In this document: positions 41,985 through 55,010 of the stretch, in pieces | Layout of the letters: every line of letters starts with the position of its first letter | Numbering within the stretch: the stretch's first letter is position 1 | NCBI GenBank assembly: GCA_951406725.2 | Contig: OX597825.1 | Coordinates: 83,018,001 to 83,082,000 of the forward strand | Direction: 5' to 3' | From: Octopus vulgaris | Taxonomy: Eukaryota | DNA length: 64,000 nt | The notes under the pieces: model-generated | The model's database searches: none | The model's input: the letters and a program-made list of their open reading frames with translations, nothing else | Told to the model about the DNA's origin: nothing | Program-made: the position numbers and the translations under genes

Positions 41985-42115
41985 CTTTCTGATTTAAAGT
42001 CTCCACCGAGATCGACTTTGTGTTTCATCCTTTCGCTGTTGATTAAATAAGTACTGGGTGTAATCGAATTTCCGTGTCCCACAGAATTTCAGACCTTGTG
42101 CCTATAGTAGAAAGG
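41985..42115 (+). mobile_element. SINE B' fragment
   Basis: Core and old tail. Confidence 0.7.
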
Positions 42116-42129
42116 CCTAGGGTCGATCT

Positions 42130-43295
42130 GTTCGACTTCTTTAATCACATGCCTGCTCGAATCGAACATATGTTTTGTGAAAGCTTTATAACAGCATTTG
42201 TCCCGTTTTATAGACAGGTCAAATATATCGAGGACTACACGATACACTACGCCCTTCATTCGTTTTGCTATATAGCTACTGTTCATAGCAGATCAATTCT
42301 CACTCATTAAGTAATCTGGTCATAGTGCTTAAGCTGACTTGTGATTACAATATCATTAAGCCGTGGTTATAATTTGTTTCCGGCAAAAATATATCTAAGA
42401 GTACATTATGCAATGTGATTCTTATCTTTTCCAACAGGCTGCCTTCGAGGGTGATTTGATAGCTATTTCTAGCTGGCTGTGAGACAACAACATCGGGACT
42501 CCTTATTTCATTGACAGTTGGGTATACACATTTTGCTGTGGGGGTAACTCCGATAAATCAGTTCTTTCAATGGTCGAAGGATTCTACCCCATTCCATCTA
42601 TTTTCCAATATGTAAAGACCTCAGGACCTTATTATTTCAACTGGTGTTATTTTGCACGAAAGTAAGGAATGATATAAGGGCGATTTAGTTGCTATTTCTA
42701 ATAAGACGAACGATCACCATGTTCAAGTAGCAACTAATATTATAAGCCGTAAAGGCGGTGAGCTGGCAGAGTAGTTTCCGCTCTGGACAAAATACTTAGC
42801 GACATTTCGTCCGTCTTTACGTTCGGAGTTCAAATCCCGCTGAGGGTGACTTTGCATTTTTTCCTTTCAGGGTCGATGAAATAAGTACCAGTTGAGCACT
42901 GGGGTCGATGTATTCGACTTACCTCATCTCCCAAACCAGCTGGCCTTGTACCAAAATTTGAAAACAATATTATAAGCAGTGGTAGTCTTTCTGTTTTCTA
43001 TCATATTAACGTTGCATATTTAAGACTACATTATCCAATATGAGAATCCGAACCCAGAATGTGATTCGAAACAGATGTAGCTGCTATTTCTAACATAAAA
43101 AAATTTCAAGTTTGATCACATGAATCAGACCAATCATTAAAAGATCCCAGCTGTGACCCTCCTGCATGTATCATAACGTGTAGGGAACTTAAGATCACGT
43201 TGTCATAGGGGATGCCTTCTTTCACTATGGCAGAGAATGGTTTGAGAACGTTTTAGTTACTATTTCTAACAAGATGAGCAACCACCATGTTAAAG
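42130..43295 (-). mobile_element. Cluster of very old SINE D-like copies
   Basis: GCTATTTCTA motif with similar flanks recurs at ~42465, 42695, 43085 and 43260; related to plus-strand TGCTGGAAATRGCAGC at 52530 and 54646. Confidence 0.5.
42752..42970 (+). mobile_element. SINE B'
   Basis: Complete head, core and old tail. Confidence 0.87.
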
Positions 43296-43688
43296 CTGAT
43301 ACAGTCTTAGCATTCAACTGTATCTGCTAGAAAATTGTTTAAATATCTTGATTACTACCAAATACGATGCCCCTTAATCTGGTCTAGCACCATATTTGTA
43401 CGGTTAATCACGTTGAAGTTTGAATACAAAACGTGTTACGTAATAATCCAGGTAGGTTCAAGCAAGCGCGGTGTGCTTTGAGTTCGGTTTTACGAGATAT
43501 TCTAACAAGGATTACACAGAACAAGCTCCCGATAATACTTCTCGGCCGTCATACGGCTTTTCCATTTCTTAAACTTTCTTCTTTAAACGTTGCTTATCAC
43601 AAACGTTTAGGCGCCATATTAAAACCGTTATTTCGAGAAATCCTTCAGTATATTTGGCAGGCTCAGAAGTAGTGGTAACGTTCAAACG

Positions 43689-43726
<38 letters not shown>

Positions 43727-43838
43727 TGTAGTGGTGGGTAGTGGTAGTAGTATTGGCGGTGGTGGTGGTGGTAGTGGTTGTACTGGTGATAGCAGTAGCA
43801 AGAACAGAGTTAGTAATTTTAGTAGTAGTAATGGCAGC

Positions 43839-43891
<53 letters not shown>

Positions 43892-43962
43892 AAGTGATAG
43901 TGGTAGTGGTTGTAACAGTAGTAGCAGTAAAAAGAGCAGAGGTAGTAGTGGTGGTGGTGGTG

Positions 43963-43996
<34 letters not shown>

Positions 43997-43998
43997 CA
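43689..43998. repeat. (GTA)n/(GTG)n compound microsatellite
   Basis: Direct reading. Confidence 0.93.
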
Positions 43999-44424
43999 AT
44001 TTTGCACCAACTCACCATTCTCGTCGAGTCGGCCATATTCTTGTGTGTGTGTGTGTGTGTAATGAATAGTTAGAATTTCATTTAAAATGAAGAGACAGTT
44101 CAAAATATTTCCAACATTTACCAGTTTCCACGCTGTTGTAGATATTATATTTCAATATAAAGCTCAACTTCATCCGCGTGTCTCTCTCGTGTCTCCTCGG
44201 TTAAGCCATACGTATACATCATGAAATATGTTATCTTATTTTTTCTTCTCTCTGAGTGTGTGTGGCGGGCTGGTGGTGGGGGAGGGGAGGTTTCCTATTT
44301 TATCGAGAATTTTCAATAAATCGCTCTGAACAAATACTTTTTCTCACAATAATTGCGAAGTATTCATACATACGATTATTATGCACACACATACACACAT
44401 ATACATAGTGCACACGCATATATA

Positions 44425-44836
44425 TATTTCTTTATTGCCCACAAGGAGCTAAACACTGAGGGGACAAACAAGGACAGAGAAACGGATTAAGTCGATTATA
44501 TCGACCCACAGTGCGTAACTGGTACTTTATTTATTGACCCCGAAAGAATGTATGGAAAAGTCGACCTCGGCAGAATTCAGAATGTAGCGATAGACGAAAT
44601 ACCTATTTCTTTACGACCCACAAGGAGCTAAACACAGAGAGGACAAACAAGGACAGACATAGGTATTAAGTCGATTACATCGACCCCAGTGCGTAACTGG
44701 TACTTTATTTATTGACCCGGAAAGGATGAAAGGCAAAGTCGACCTCGGCGGAATTTGAACTCAGAACGTAACGGCAGACGAAATACGGCTACGCATTTCG
44801 CCCGGCGTGCTAACGATTCTGCCAGCTCGCCGCCTT
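44425..44836 (-). mobile_element. SINE B dimer
   Basis: Junction at ~44600; flanking near-direct repeat CACWCGCATATATA (44411-44424, 44840-44853). Confidence 0.92.
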
Positions 44837-44879
44837 CGTCACTCGCATATATATGCATATATGTATATATATCTATATC

Positions 44880-44964
<85 letters not shown>

Positions 44965-45209
44965 GGGAGAGAGAGAGGGGGGCGAGAAAGAAATAGTGAG
45001 GAGACACACAAACAGTGTGAAGTAGGACTTCATGTCCCATTGCGTATGCGCTTGCGTATATGTTATATCAACATTGCTTTCCAGCTGATTCGGTCTATAT
45101 CCTTCGTACATCAAGGCCTATACTGCATTCAAACATCAATTTCTGAGGGTTCCAGGTGTTACAGTAAAGAACCGAAAGAATTGTTGCGCGTGTTTATCAA
45201 AGCTTATAT

Positions 45210-45330
45210 AGGGGGGAGGGGATCCAGGATTTTTTTTTGGGGGGGGGGGTCCAAATGTTTTGAAAAAATGCTACTTAAGTTGGGAATCGTAATTGGTAAC
45301 AAATGGACCCATTTTATGTATTCTAACTTT
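45210..45330 (+). mobile_element. Possible solo DNA-transposon end
   Basis: AGGGGATCCAGGATTTTTTTTGGGGGGG resembles common Harbinger/hAT MITE termini; no partner end found. Confidence 0.3.
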
Positions 45331-45768
45331 GTTGTAGCATGTTACATGCATATGAAGCAGGAATGCAGTGAAACGGCTGGAAACATAATAACAATCTACT
45401 AAAATAATACTCTTGTGTGTTTCTCCGTCACAACATATGAATGAGAAAAGAAGGGGCGATAGATGACTGAAGAAGGAAGGGGTGATGGAAAACTTGGTAG
45501 TGGGATGGTGAACATTGAACGCTGAAAAGAAAAATCATACAGCCTTTCAACTGTATGTGAGTATATGTATGTACGTATGTGTGTGCGTGCACAAGGGAAG
45601 TATGTGAATGTATGTGAACATTGACAAGTATATTAATTTGATTTATCATGCATATTTGTATATAAAATACTACAATTAGCCGTGATTCTTGACGGCACGT
45701 GGCCAGCTAGTGTTATAATAAAAACCTAGGACCCGATATTTTTTGGTGTCGGCTCGAATAGAAAGGGT

Positions 45769-45782
45769 GTTGCCTGGGCAAC
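45769..45782. promoter_or_regulatory. RFX X-box-like palindrome
   Basis: GTTGCC-TG-GGCAAC fits GTNRCC-N(0-3)-RGYAAC; lies in unique sequence near CACGTG (45696-45701). Confidence 0.35.
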
Positions 45783-46124
45783 CGGAGCGATGCCATGTCA
45801 TTGTTTCAGTGCAATGGATGACAATAAGTAAAACCTAAAACGTAGAAGCTAAACAAATTTGCTGAACGCATCTGCATCGGCATATCAGACCAGAGAAATG
45901 ATGAACGGTAATGAACTGGTGCACTGCAATAGGTCTTTAAGTGCGTGCGGATAATCGAATATGCGATATGATTTTTCGCTAGATTTCCTGCAAAATATAT
46001 AATTCATAATCTTATTATACATAATTCTGATTAACTAATAATGTATGTAATAGTTTTCTATCGAACTTTCTTTTAATTTGTAATTTTCAAGCTTGTATCT
46101 ACTTAAAAAAAAAATTATTACTTT

Positions 46125-46572
46125 ACAACCACGTGGTTTACAATTTCGTTCCGCTGCGTGGTACCTTCGGCAAGTTTTTTCATTATAGATCTTTGGTAAC
46201 CAATGCCTTGTGTATGTATTTGGTAGAAACTGCGTTGAAACCCATCATAAATATATATGTATGCATGTGTGTGGTGTGTGTGTGTGTGTGTTTATCTGTG
46301 TGTATGTGCGCGTGTGTACGTATCTGTTCATATGTGCGTGTGTTTGTGTTTGTATGTGCGTGCATGCGCATGTGTCCTTGCCTTTTCACCTACCTACTCC
46401 ACCTTATATCCTGTGCTGGTTTGTTTATGTCCTCGTAAATTAGCGATTGGGCAGAATCATCAATAGAAAAATCAGAAATACTGGAGTTGTCTTGTTGGCC
46501 TAAAATCCTTTAAGTCGTGCCCCCACCCCGCCTTGGCCCCAGATTAATGACTGAAACAAGCAAAAGAGTAAA
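46125..46572 (+). mobile_element. Old SINE A
   Basis: Diverged head, TG tract and TGACTGAAACAAG tail. Confidence 0.72.
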
Positions 46573-47104
46573 GCAGATACAGAGTGCACCTGTAACGATT
46601 TAGTTCATCTCCAGCACACCGTGAAGTTAAAGATGACAGAGACGCTACTCCAAATTTTTTTTGCTTCTAATATTTGTTACGATTAAGAGGTCTAGAAACA
46701 AACACAGTGTAGTAGGAGAGAAATGATGGGTAGGATGAAGTAGAAATGAAAGGCGGGAAATGGATTGATGGGTGAGGAGCATGTGGGGTGAAGTGGTTGG
46801 AGTTGAAGAAAGGTTAAGCTGGAAGTGAAGTGAGGTGGTGGCTGTGGTTGACGTGTTGTTAATCACTAAGAGAAGTGGGCAGGTGGATGGGAAAGAAACC
46901 AAGTGAAAGATTAGATGAAGCAGCAGAGGTGGAGCAAACTGGGATGGGCAGAAACGCTGCTAAATCTTAAATACAAAGGAAGTGCGAAATGCATATGCAC
47001 AAACCAGGAAAATATTAGTCACTTACATCAAGCAGGGATTTCGAAGGGCAAAAGAAACTGTGCCTAGTTCTATGTTAATGTATCAAAAACATATATTATT
47101 TTGT

Positions 47105-47324
47105 TCTTTTATTCTTTAATTGACTGCAGCCATGCTGGAGCAGCGCCTTTAAGACTTTTAGCTGCAGAGATCAACTCCAAAACTTATTCTTTGTAAACCT
47201 AGAGCATTTTGTATTGGTTTCTTTTGTCAAACTGCAATGTCACTGTGACATAAACGCATGAGTATCGGTTGTTAAGCGAATGAGGGCAGGGGGAGGATAA
47301 ACACACACATACACATATAAATAC

Positions 47325-47370
<46 letters not shown>

Positions 47371-47533
47371 GCTACGAGCTTCTTTCACTTTCCGTCTACT
47401 AAATCCATTCACAAGGTTTTGGCCGGCCCGAGGATACATAAGAAGACACTTGCCCATGTTGCCACGCAGTGGGACTGATCCCGGAAACATGTGGTTTAGA
47501 AGCAAACTTTAATCACATAACCACGCTTGCGCC
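47105..47533 (-). mobile_element. SINE A
   Basis: Full-length, moderately diverged. Confidence 0.88.
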
Positions 47534-47605
47534 TATAAGGGCACGCTTGCGCCTATAAGGCCACACTTGCGCCTATAACGCCACACTTGCGCCTATAAGG
47601 CCACA
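47521..47605. repeat. 20-bp minisatellite, ~4.3 copies
   Basis: CCACRCTTGCGCCTATAAGG units spanning the SINE A 5' junction. Confidence 0.92.
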
Positions 47606-48029
47606 TATGTTGCCAAACGGTCATCTGTTCGTTTCATGATTAGCCATAGATAGCTATAGCTACATACATCATAATTCCGGACATGTTTATAAACAAGGAG
47701 AACGATCAGTCACTATGAAGTTGTTGAAACAATTGTAAACAATGTAAGAAAAGTTAAAATAGCTAACACCAATTTTTAATTTTTACCATACGCATATAAA
47801 CACACAGTCGGACACAAACACACACAGGCACGCACACACATTCACACACACGCATACCCACATACGTACACACACAAGTGCACTTAGAAGCGCACATACA
47901 CATACATATAAAACTGGACATTGGAGACATATGTCAACGAATGAAATTTATGAGAATATGAAATAGGAATGAATGATGGCATGATTGATGAATGACTAGA
48001 ATGACTAGATAATTCATATATATATATGT

Positions 48030-48088
<59 letters not shown>

Positions 48089-48252
48089 CGTGTGTGTGCG
48101 TGTGTGCATATTATATTTGTAAGTATTTTGGTGACAGTGGCTTCGACATTTCTGACTGACCAAAGTAGGCTAGTAAGTCGAATCTTCAAAGGTACTGTCA
48201 ACACATTCCTTGAAAACGTATACTAAATATGTATCGTACAAAACAGTAACCA

Positions 48253-48646
48253 GGAGGCGCAATGGCCCAGTGGTTAGGGCAGCGGACTCGGGGTCGTAGG
48301 ATCGCGGTTTCGATTCCCAGACCGGGCGTTGTGAGTGTTTATTGAGCGAAAACACCTAAAGCTCCACGAGGCTCCGGCAGGGGATGGTGGTGATCCCTGC
48401 TGTACTCTTTCCCCACAACTTTCTCTCACTCTTACTTCCTGTTTCTGTTGTACCTGTATTTCAAAAAGCCGGCCTTGTCACTCTCTGTGTCACGCTGAAT
48501 ATCCCCGAGAACTACGTTAAGGGTACACGTGTCTGTGGAGTGCTCAGCCACTTACACGTTAATTTCACGAGCAAGCTGTTCCGTTGATCGGATCAACCGG
48601 AACCCTCGTCATCGCAACCGACGGAGTGCTTCCATTCCCATTCCAA
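48253..48646 (+). mobile_element. SINE C, tail type 1 (full length)
   Basis: tRNA-like head with A/B boxes; ends GGAACCCTCGTC..AACCGACGGAGTGC plus (TTCCA)-type tail; resembles octopus OR-type SINEs as recalled. Confidence 0.9.
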
Positions 48647-48834
48647 TTTGTAACCCTTCTGTTTTAAATCTATAAAGCTTGGTACCGATTTCATTAGTCT
48701 CCCTTACTGAAAGGCTATGTTACGGAAACGTAAGCAAACCAACAATGATTGTCCCATCGAGGTAATGTAATTGACTCACACAAATACACACACACACACA
48801 CATACATATATATATATGTATGTATATATATATG

Positions 48835-48907
<73 letters not shown>

Positions 48908-48964
48908 GTATATTACATACATAAGCATACATATATCTGTGTGCGTACGTGTGTTCGAATATAT

Positions 48965-49130
48965 ATACGACGTGCTTCTTTCAGTTTCCGTGTAGCAAAT
49001 CCAGACAGCAGGATATAGATCTTCCGGGGGTATCTAGAGGAGAACCTTGCCTAAGGTTCCACGCAGTTCGACTGAACCTGGAAACTTGTGCTTGGGAAGC
49101 AAACTTCCTACCCTCTGACCTACCCTGTAC
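48965..49130 (-). mobile_element. Old SINE A 5' half
   Basis: GCTTCTTTCAGTTTCCGT...CTGAACC. Confidence 0.7.
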
Positions 49131-49193
49131 CTATATAAATATATGTACGTACACACACACACACACACATATATATATGCATATACATATGTG

Positions 49194-49242
<49 letters not shown>

Positions 49243-49283
49243 AATACATATATATATATATATACATACACACACGCACGCAT

Positions 49284-49316
<33 letters not shown>

Positions 49317-49325
49317 CACACACAC

Positions 49326-49356
<31 letters not shown>

Positions 49357-49393
49357 TATATATATATATACCCACACACGTATATACATACAT

Positions 49394-49424
<31 letters not shown>

Positions 49425-49469
49425 CACATATATATATACACGTACACACAGATATATATATAAATACAG

Positions 49470-49844
<375 letters not shown>

Positions 49845-50364
49845 TGTGTGTCAGCAGTGTGTTTGTGAATCGGTTTAGGGATATGTAACAGCAGTCGGAT
49901 CAATTGCTGAAATTGCCATCAAGTGGCCATTTATCATATATTGTGGTATTATTTTACACTGGCTGACAATACAGGTAATAAGAGACACCAGGCTGCACTA
50001 CCACCACCACCACCACCACATCACACCACCACCACTACTACACCTACTGCTGCTGCTTGTTACTATTACTATTACTACCACTACTACAACGGCAGCAGCT
50101 GTTGCTGCTGCTGCGCCTACTGCCACTACTACTTCTGTTACTGCTATCACTACTAATATCACTACTAGTCTATCTGTTGCTGCTGCTGTTGCTGCTACTG
50201 CTGCTTCCGTTGCTGCTGCTGCTGCTACTACTACTTCGACTACTTTCACACATATGTTGCACCATGAGGTTTGTCCCGACGGTTAACGAAACGACAGCAA
50301 GTGTTGGCAGTTTGGTTCTCCGTCGTTGTCGACGACGTGCAACTTTCATTTGATCTCTTTTACT

Positions 50365-50612
50365 CTTTTACTCTTTTACTTGTTTCCAGTCATTTGACTG
50401 TGGCTATGCTGTAGCACTGCCTTTAGTCGAGCAAATCGACACCAGGACTTATTCCTTGTGAGCATAGTACTTATTCTATCGGTCTCTTTCGCCGAACCGC
50501 TAGGTTACAGGGACGTAAACACACCAGCATCGGTTGTCAAGCGATATTGGGGGGACAAACAGAGACACACAAACACGCTCACACACACATACATGCACAC
50601 ACACACATACAT

Positions 50613-50701
<89 letters not shown>

Positions 50702-50766
50702 CACGACGGGCTTCTTTCAGTTTCCGTCTACCAAATCCACTCACAAGGCTTTGGTCGGCCTGAGGC
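50365..50766 (-). mobile_element. SINE A, 5'-truncated
   Basis: Tail, microsatellite and central part; no head. Confidence 0.9.
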
Positions 50767-50834
50767 TGATTAAACTAAATTCCTACACACGATTTTAACG
50801 TGCAAACATTAAGGTGTAAACCATGCATGAAATG

Positions 50835-51010
50835 AATGGATCTCCGTCTGTTTCCACGACCACCAAGTAAGGGCGACGCAACGAGTAAACTGGCCGAGTA
50901 TTTCACAGTCATGTGAACACTCAACGTGATTTTCAGGCAAAATAATGCGATTGAGATGCTATGATAGGTGTGCCAAGACCCGACCTTGAAATTAGCAATT
51001 ACAATTCATT
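50835..51010 (-). mobile_element. Degenerate SINE C type-1 tail
   Basis: Weak reverse-complement similarity to 48450-48630. Confidence 0.45.
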
Positions 51011-51237
51011 TCACCAAGGGCACAAGCTGCAGAATCGTTAGCACATGGGACTCAGTGCAGAGTGACATTACTTCCGGTAATGTCACTTTTTACATACTAC
51101 GTTCGAATTCTACAGAGGTGAACTCTACTTTTCATTCCTTCGGTTGCGATAATATGAAATATCATTCAAGTACTCAGATAGAATTTATTTACATTAATTA
51201 CATTTGACGGATATTTGTCCTCATCTTGTTTGTTGTT

Positions 51238-51283
51238 AACACAACGTTTCGGCTGATATACCCTCCAGCCTTCATCAGGTGTC
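51238..51283 (-). ncRNA. Minimal type I hammerhead ribozyme motif (PLE/dimer type)
   Basis: GACAC-CUGAUGA-a-GGCUG-loop-CAGCC-GAAACGUU-GUGUU: stem I GACAC/GUGUU, 5-bp stem II, ACGU palindromic stem III, GUU site. Confidence 0.75.
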
Positions 51284-51363
51284 TTGGGGAAATTTCGAAC
51301 TTGAGTTCTCATTCCTAAGGTAATTTTCGATAATAATATTATTATTATTATTATTATTCACGT

Positions 51364-51432
51364 CACTGCCTGGAATCGAACTCGGAATCTTGGGGTTAGT
51401 GGCCAGCGCTCTTAACCACTACGCCACATGTC
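51364..51432 (-). promoter_or_regulatory. tRNA-derived internal Pol III promoter
   Basis: A-box TGGCGTAGTGG and B-box GAGTTCGATTCC at tRNA-like spacing. Confidence 0.78.
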
Positions 51433-51587
51433 CAGTGACCTGAATAATAATAATAATAATAATAATTATGTGATGCATGTGCCTAATGTACCCTTATTAG
51501 ACAGGTAATCATGATGGGTATACTGGGCTTCGTATATTTTACTCCAGTGTCACTTTGATGGCATGCACTGCTCTCTCACTCAATAAC

Positions 51588-51620
<33 letters not shown>

Positions 51621-51716
51621 CATAATAATAATAATAATAATAATAACAACAACAACAACAACAACATCATCCCAAAATACCTTAGGAAAGAGAACTCAGG
51701 TTCGAAATTTCCCCAA

Positions 51717-51762
51717 GACACCTGATGAAGGCTGGGGGGTATATCAGCCGAAACGTTGTTTT
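51717..51762 (+). ncRNA. Minimal type I hammerhead ribozyme motif (second arm)
   Basis: CUGAUGA 51722-51728, GAAA 51750-51753; stem I has one mismatch (GUUUU). Confidence 0.68.
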
Positions 51763-52519
51763 AACAACAAACAGGACGAGGAGAAATATCCGTCAAATGT
51801 AAATAACGTATATAATTCCTGCTCTCTGTTCTCAAAAATCACTTGCCATGAGCCCTGCTACGCTCAGGACTTCCTGTGCAGAAGCACTGTTCTCATTATG
51901 GTCATTTTGAAGCCATGGGGACCAGATAATCGGCACGAATACTCCCAGGGGTCAAGAGAAGAGTTAATCCATTGAACGGTCTTGTAAAGAATCTTTCTGT
52001 CTCAGTGACAAAGACTATTTTTAAAAGAGACATGAATGGGAGGTACAGGTGAGAGAAAGAGAGGCGCAGAGAGGAGAGAGTGAGAAAGACAGACAGAGAA
52101 TCAGTGTGAGAGGGAGAGACAGAAAGAAAGGCAAGTAGATACACTGACAAACAGTCAGACCGAATTAGAGACAGCGAGAGAAAGAGAGACAAGAGAGGGA
52201 CAAGACCGATGGAGTGAGCGTGATAGCGAAAGAGAGACAGAGTGCGAGAGGAAGAAAGAGAGATGGACAGACAGTGAGCGAGAGAGAGAGAAGTATATTT
52301 CCAGTACTCGTACTTTATTTATCGATCACAATTCAATAAAGAATCATGATTAACTAGAACGGGATTTGAACTCACAATCCAGAGATTAGGTGCAAATACG
52401 GATAAGGCATTCTAACCGATGCTCTAACAACTTTCCTAGCACGTCTCTAAAACCAGTGTCACCATTTGGTGCAAAGGACCATCATCATCACCACTATCTT
52501 CATCAACATCAATGTGGGA

Positions 52520-52833
52520 ACACTTGATCTGCTGGAAATGGCAGCTAAATCTCCCTAACAGAACCATTATTTAGAACATGGAGGCCATTGGAGATGCAAT
52601 CCAGTGTGCCATCTGGACTCGGAAAAGAAAAAGAGAAAAGTAAAAAGTAAAGAAAAATGTAGCATAGGCGTAGGAGTGGCTGTGTGGTAAGTAGCTTGGT
52701 TACCAACCACATGGTTCTGGGTTCAGTCCCACTGCGTGGCACCTTGGGCAAATGCCTTCTCTTATAGCCTCGGGTCGACCAAAGCCTTGTGAGTGGATTT
52801 GGTACACGGAAACTAAAAGAACGTGTATATATG

Positions 52834-52884
<51 letters not shown>

Positions 52885-53210
52885 GTGTGTGTGTGTATGT
52901 GCGTGTGTATATGTTTGTGTGTCTGTGTTTGTCCCCCCAACATCGTTTGACAACCGATGCTGGTGTGTTTACGTCCTCGAAACCTAGCGGTTCGGCAAAT
53001 GAGACTGATAGAATAGGTACTAGGCTTACAAAGAATAAGTCCCGGGGTCGATTTTCTCGACTAAAGGTGGTGCTCCAGCATGGCCACAGTCAAAGGAGTG
53101 AAACAAGTAAAAGAGTAAAAGAGCAACTACTGTTGGAATGGTCTTGGATCATAAAAACGGCGTTGCTGCCCGAGCAAAATTGACCGAGGGTTAAACAGCA
53201 TCAACAGCCG
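52520..53210 (+). mobile_element. Old SINE D interrupted by SINE A
   Basis: TGCTGGAAATGGCAGCTAAATCTCCCT before and TGACCGAGGGTTAAACAGC tail after the A copy. Confidence 0.5.
52667..53123 (+). mobile_element. SINE A
   Basis: Full length with (AGTAAAAG)-type tail. Confidence 0.93.
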
Positions 53211-53249
53211 TGTTACACAACCATCTTTCACTAAGCCTTACTCTCCAAA

Positions 53250-53295
53250 TACTACTACTACAACCACTACCACTACTACTACTACAACAACAACA

Positions 53296-53333
<38 letters not shown>

Positions 53334-53361
53334 CACTACTACTACTACTACCACCACCACC

Positions 53362-53429
<68 letters not shown>

Positions 53430-53502
53430 CACCACCACCAATCCACCAATACCACCACCACCAACACCACCACCACCACCCACCACCACCACCACCACCA
53501 CC

Positions 53503-53557
<55 letters not shown>

Positions 53558-53558
53558 G
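53250..53558. repeat. (CTA)n/(CCA)n compound microsatellite
   Basis: Direct reading. Confidence 0.95.
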
Positions 53559-53614
53559 AGCGAGATCGTCAGTGGTGAGGAATAGTGAGAGGCTGTAATC
53601 CATTGATTTACATT

Positions 53615-53840
53615 TGACGTGGTTATAATGTCTTTGTGAAGTGGTGTGTCCCGGGTTCGAGCGCTGCCGTGGGAGGGTCCTTCATTCACGTTTTCCTACC
53701 TTACCATTCATGTTTAAATTAATGAGGGGAGAGTCAATGGAGCGTAAACCATACCTCCCACTTCAACTCCTCGCCTCAAGTCACGTGGCACGGGACTGAT
53801 GTCCTCCGTCGAAGTCAATACCACTATTACTACGACTACT
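53615..53840 (+). mobile_element. Element E copy 1 (tRNA-like head, probable SINE)
   Basis: GTGGTTA and CCCGGGTTCGAG boxes; near-identical to 54782-55010; (CTA)n tail. Confidence 0.7.
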
Positions 53841-54493
53841 ACCGCCTAAACCGATACTACTACTACTACCACCACCAGAACGATTATTACTTGTACTACT
53901 ACAACTTCTACTACTACTACCACTACCATCACCACCACCACTACTACCACCATCACTACTACCAACACCCCACCCCCACCCCCACCATCAACACCACCAC
54001 CACCACCACTGCTACTACTACTACTACCTTCGCCACCATCACCAGCACAGCAACAACAATAGTAACAACAACACAACCACTATAAAACTACCGCCATCAC
54101 ACCTACCTATATGAAAATTGCATGCACCACCGCCAATACTAGCACCGCAACCACCGTCACTACATCACTGACAACACCTACTACATCAGTAAAACCGTCC
54201 CTAGCAAGAGGAACACCCACTACATCCCACACCGCTGCCGCGATACTACAACCTAAACCACTTCGTACACTAGCACCACAACACTGCGAGTCCCACGAGC
54301 AAAACAACATAAAAATCACTATAACTTACTACAACCATCACTACTACTTCCATAAGTACCACTTATAACACTGCAGCCTATACCACCACCTGTCTACGAT
54401 AATTAATACTATGAGATTAGACTGCAACCAACACCAATCACAAGTACCACTAAGAGCACTGCAGCCAACACCTCAATCCATATTCACAATCAG

Positions 54494-54542
<49 letters not shown>

Positions 54543-54781
54543 GCTGCTATCTACCTCTAGCATCAACGTCCAAGGATACAAACGATTCATTCATTAAGCC
54601 TCTGCGGAGGCGGCGTGGGTGGGAGACGGATATGGTCGAACGAATTGCTGGAAATAGCAGCAAATATACCACATTCCACATTCGACCCACTTACAGAAAA
54701 AGGAAAACAAAGGGTGCAATGACTGAAATATAGATGATAAGGTCATGGTTGGAATATCTTTAATCATAGGACCGTTCTAAC

Positions 54782-55010
54782 TGACGTGGTTATAATGTCA
54801 TTGTGAAGTGGTGTGTCCCGGGTTCGAGCGCTGCCGTGGGAGGGTCCTTCATTCACGTTTTTCTACCTTACCATTCATGTTTAAATTAATGAGGGGAGAG
54901 TCAATGGAGCGTAAACCATACCTCCCACTTCAACTCCTCGCCTCAACTCACGTGGCACGGGACTGATGTCCTCCGTTGAAGTCAATACCACTATTACTAC
55001 GACTACTACT
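54782..55010 (+). mobile_element. Element E copy 2
   Basis: About 5 differences from copy 1 over ~225 bp. Confidence 0.7.

Larger units (their letters stand above)
51181..51818. mobile_element. tRNA-headed, hammerhead-bearing SINE-like element in inverted duplication
   Basis: Arms ~51181-51331 and ~51668-51818 are reverse complements; tRNA-like head on minus at 51364-51432; (AAT)n linkers. Confidence 0.85.

Noticed and set aside
46645-46960. Minus-strand PLLLVINN..SLHF resembling the RT motif P-LF-I-IND..ADD
   Set aside because: Too degenerate; catalytic DD absent
48253-48325. Functional tRNA genes at SINE heads (also 17068, 51364, 53615)
   Set aside because: No complete acceptor stem or terminator; each continues into a repeat body
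53790-53822. CTGATGTCC...GAAGTC in element E as a hammerhead
   Set aside because: Core deviates at several invariant positions and is not kept in copy 3
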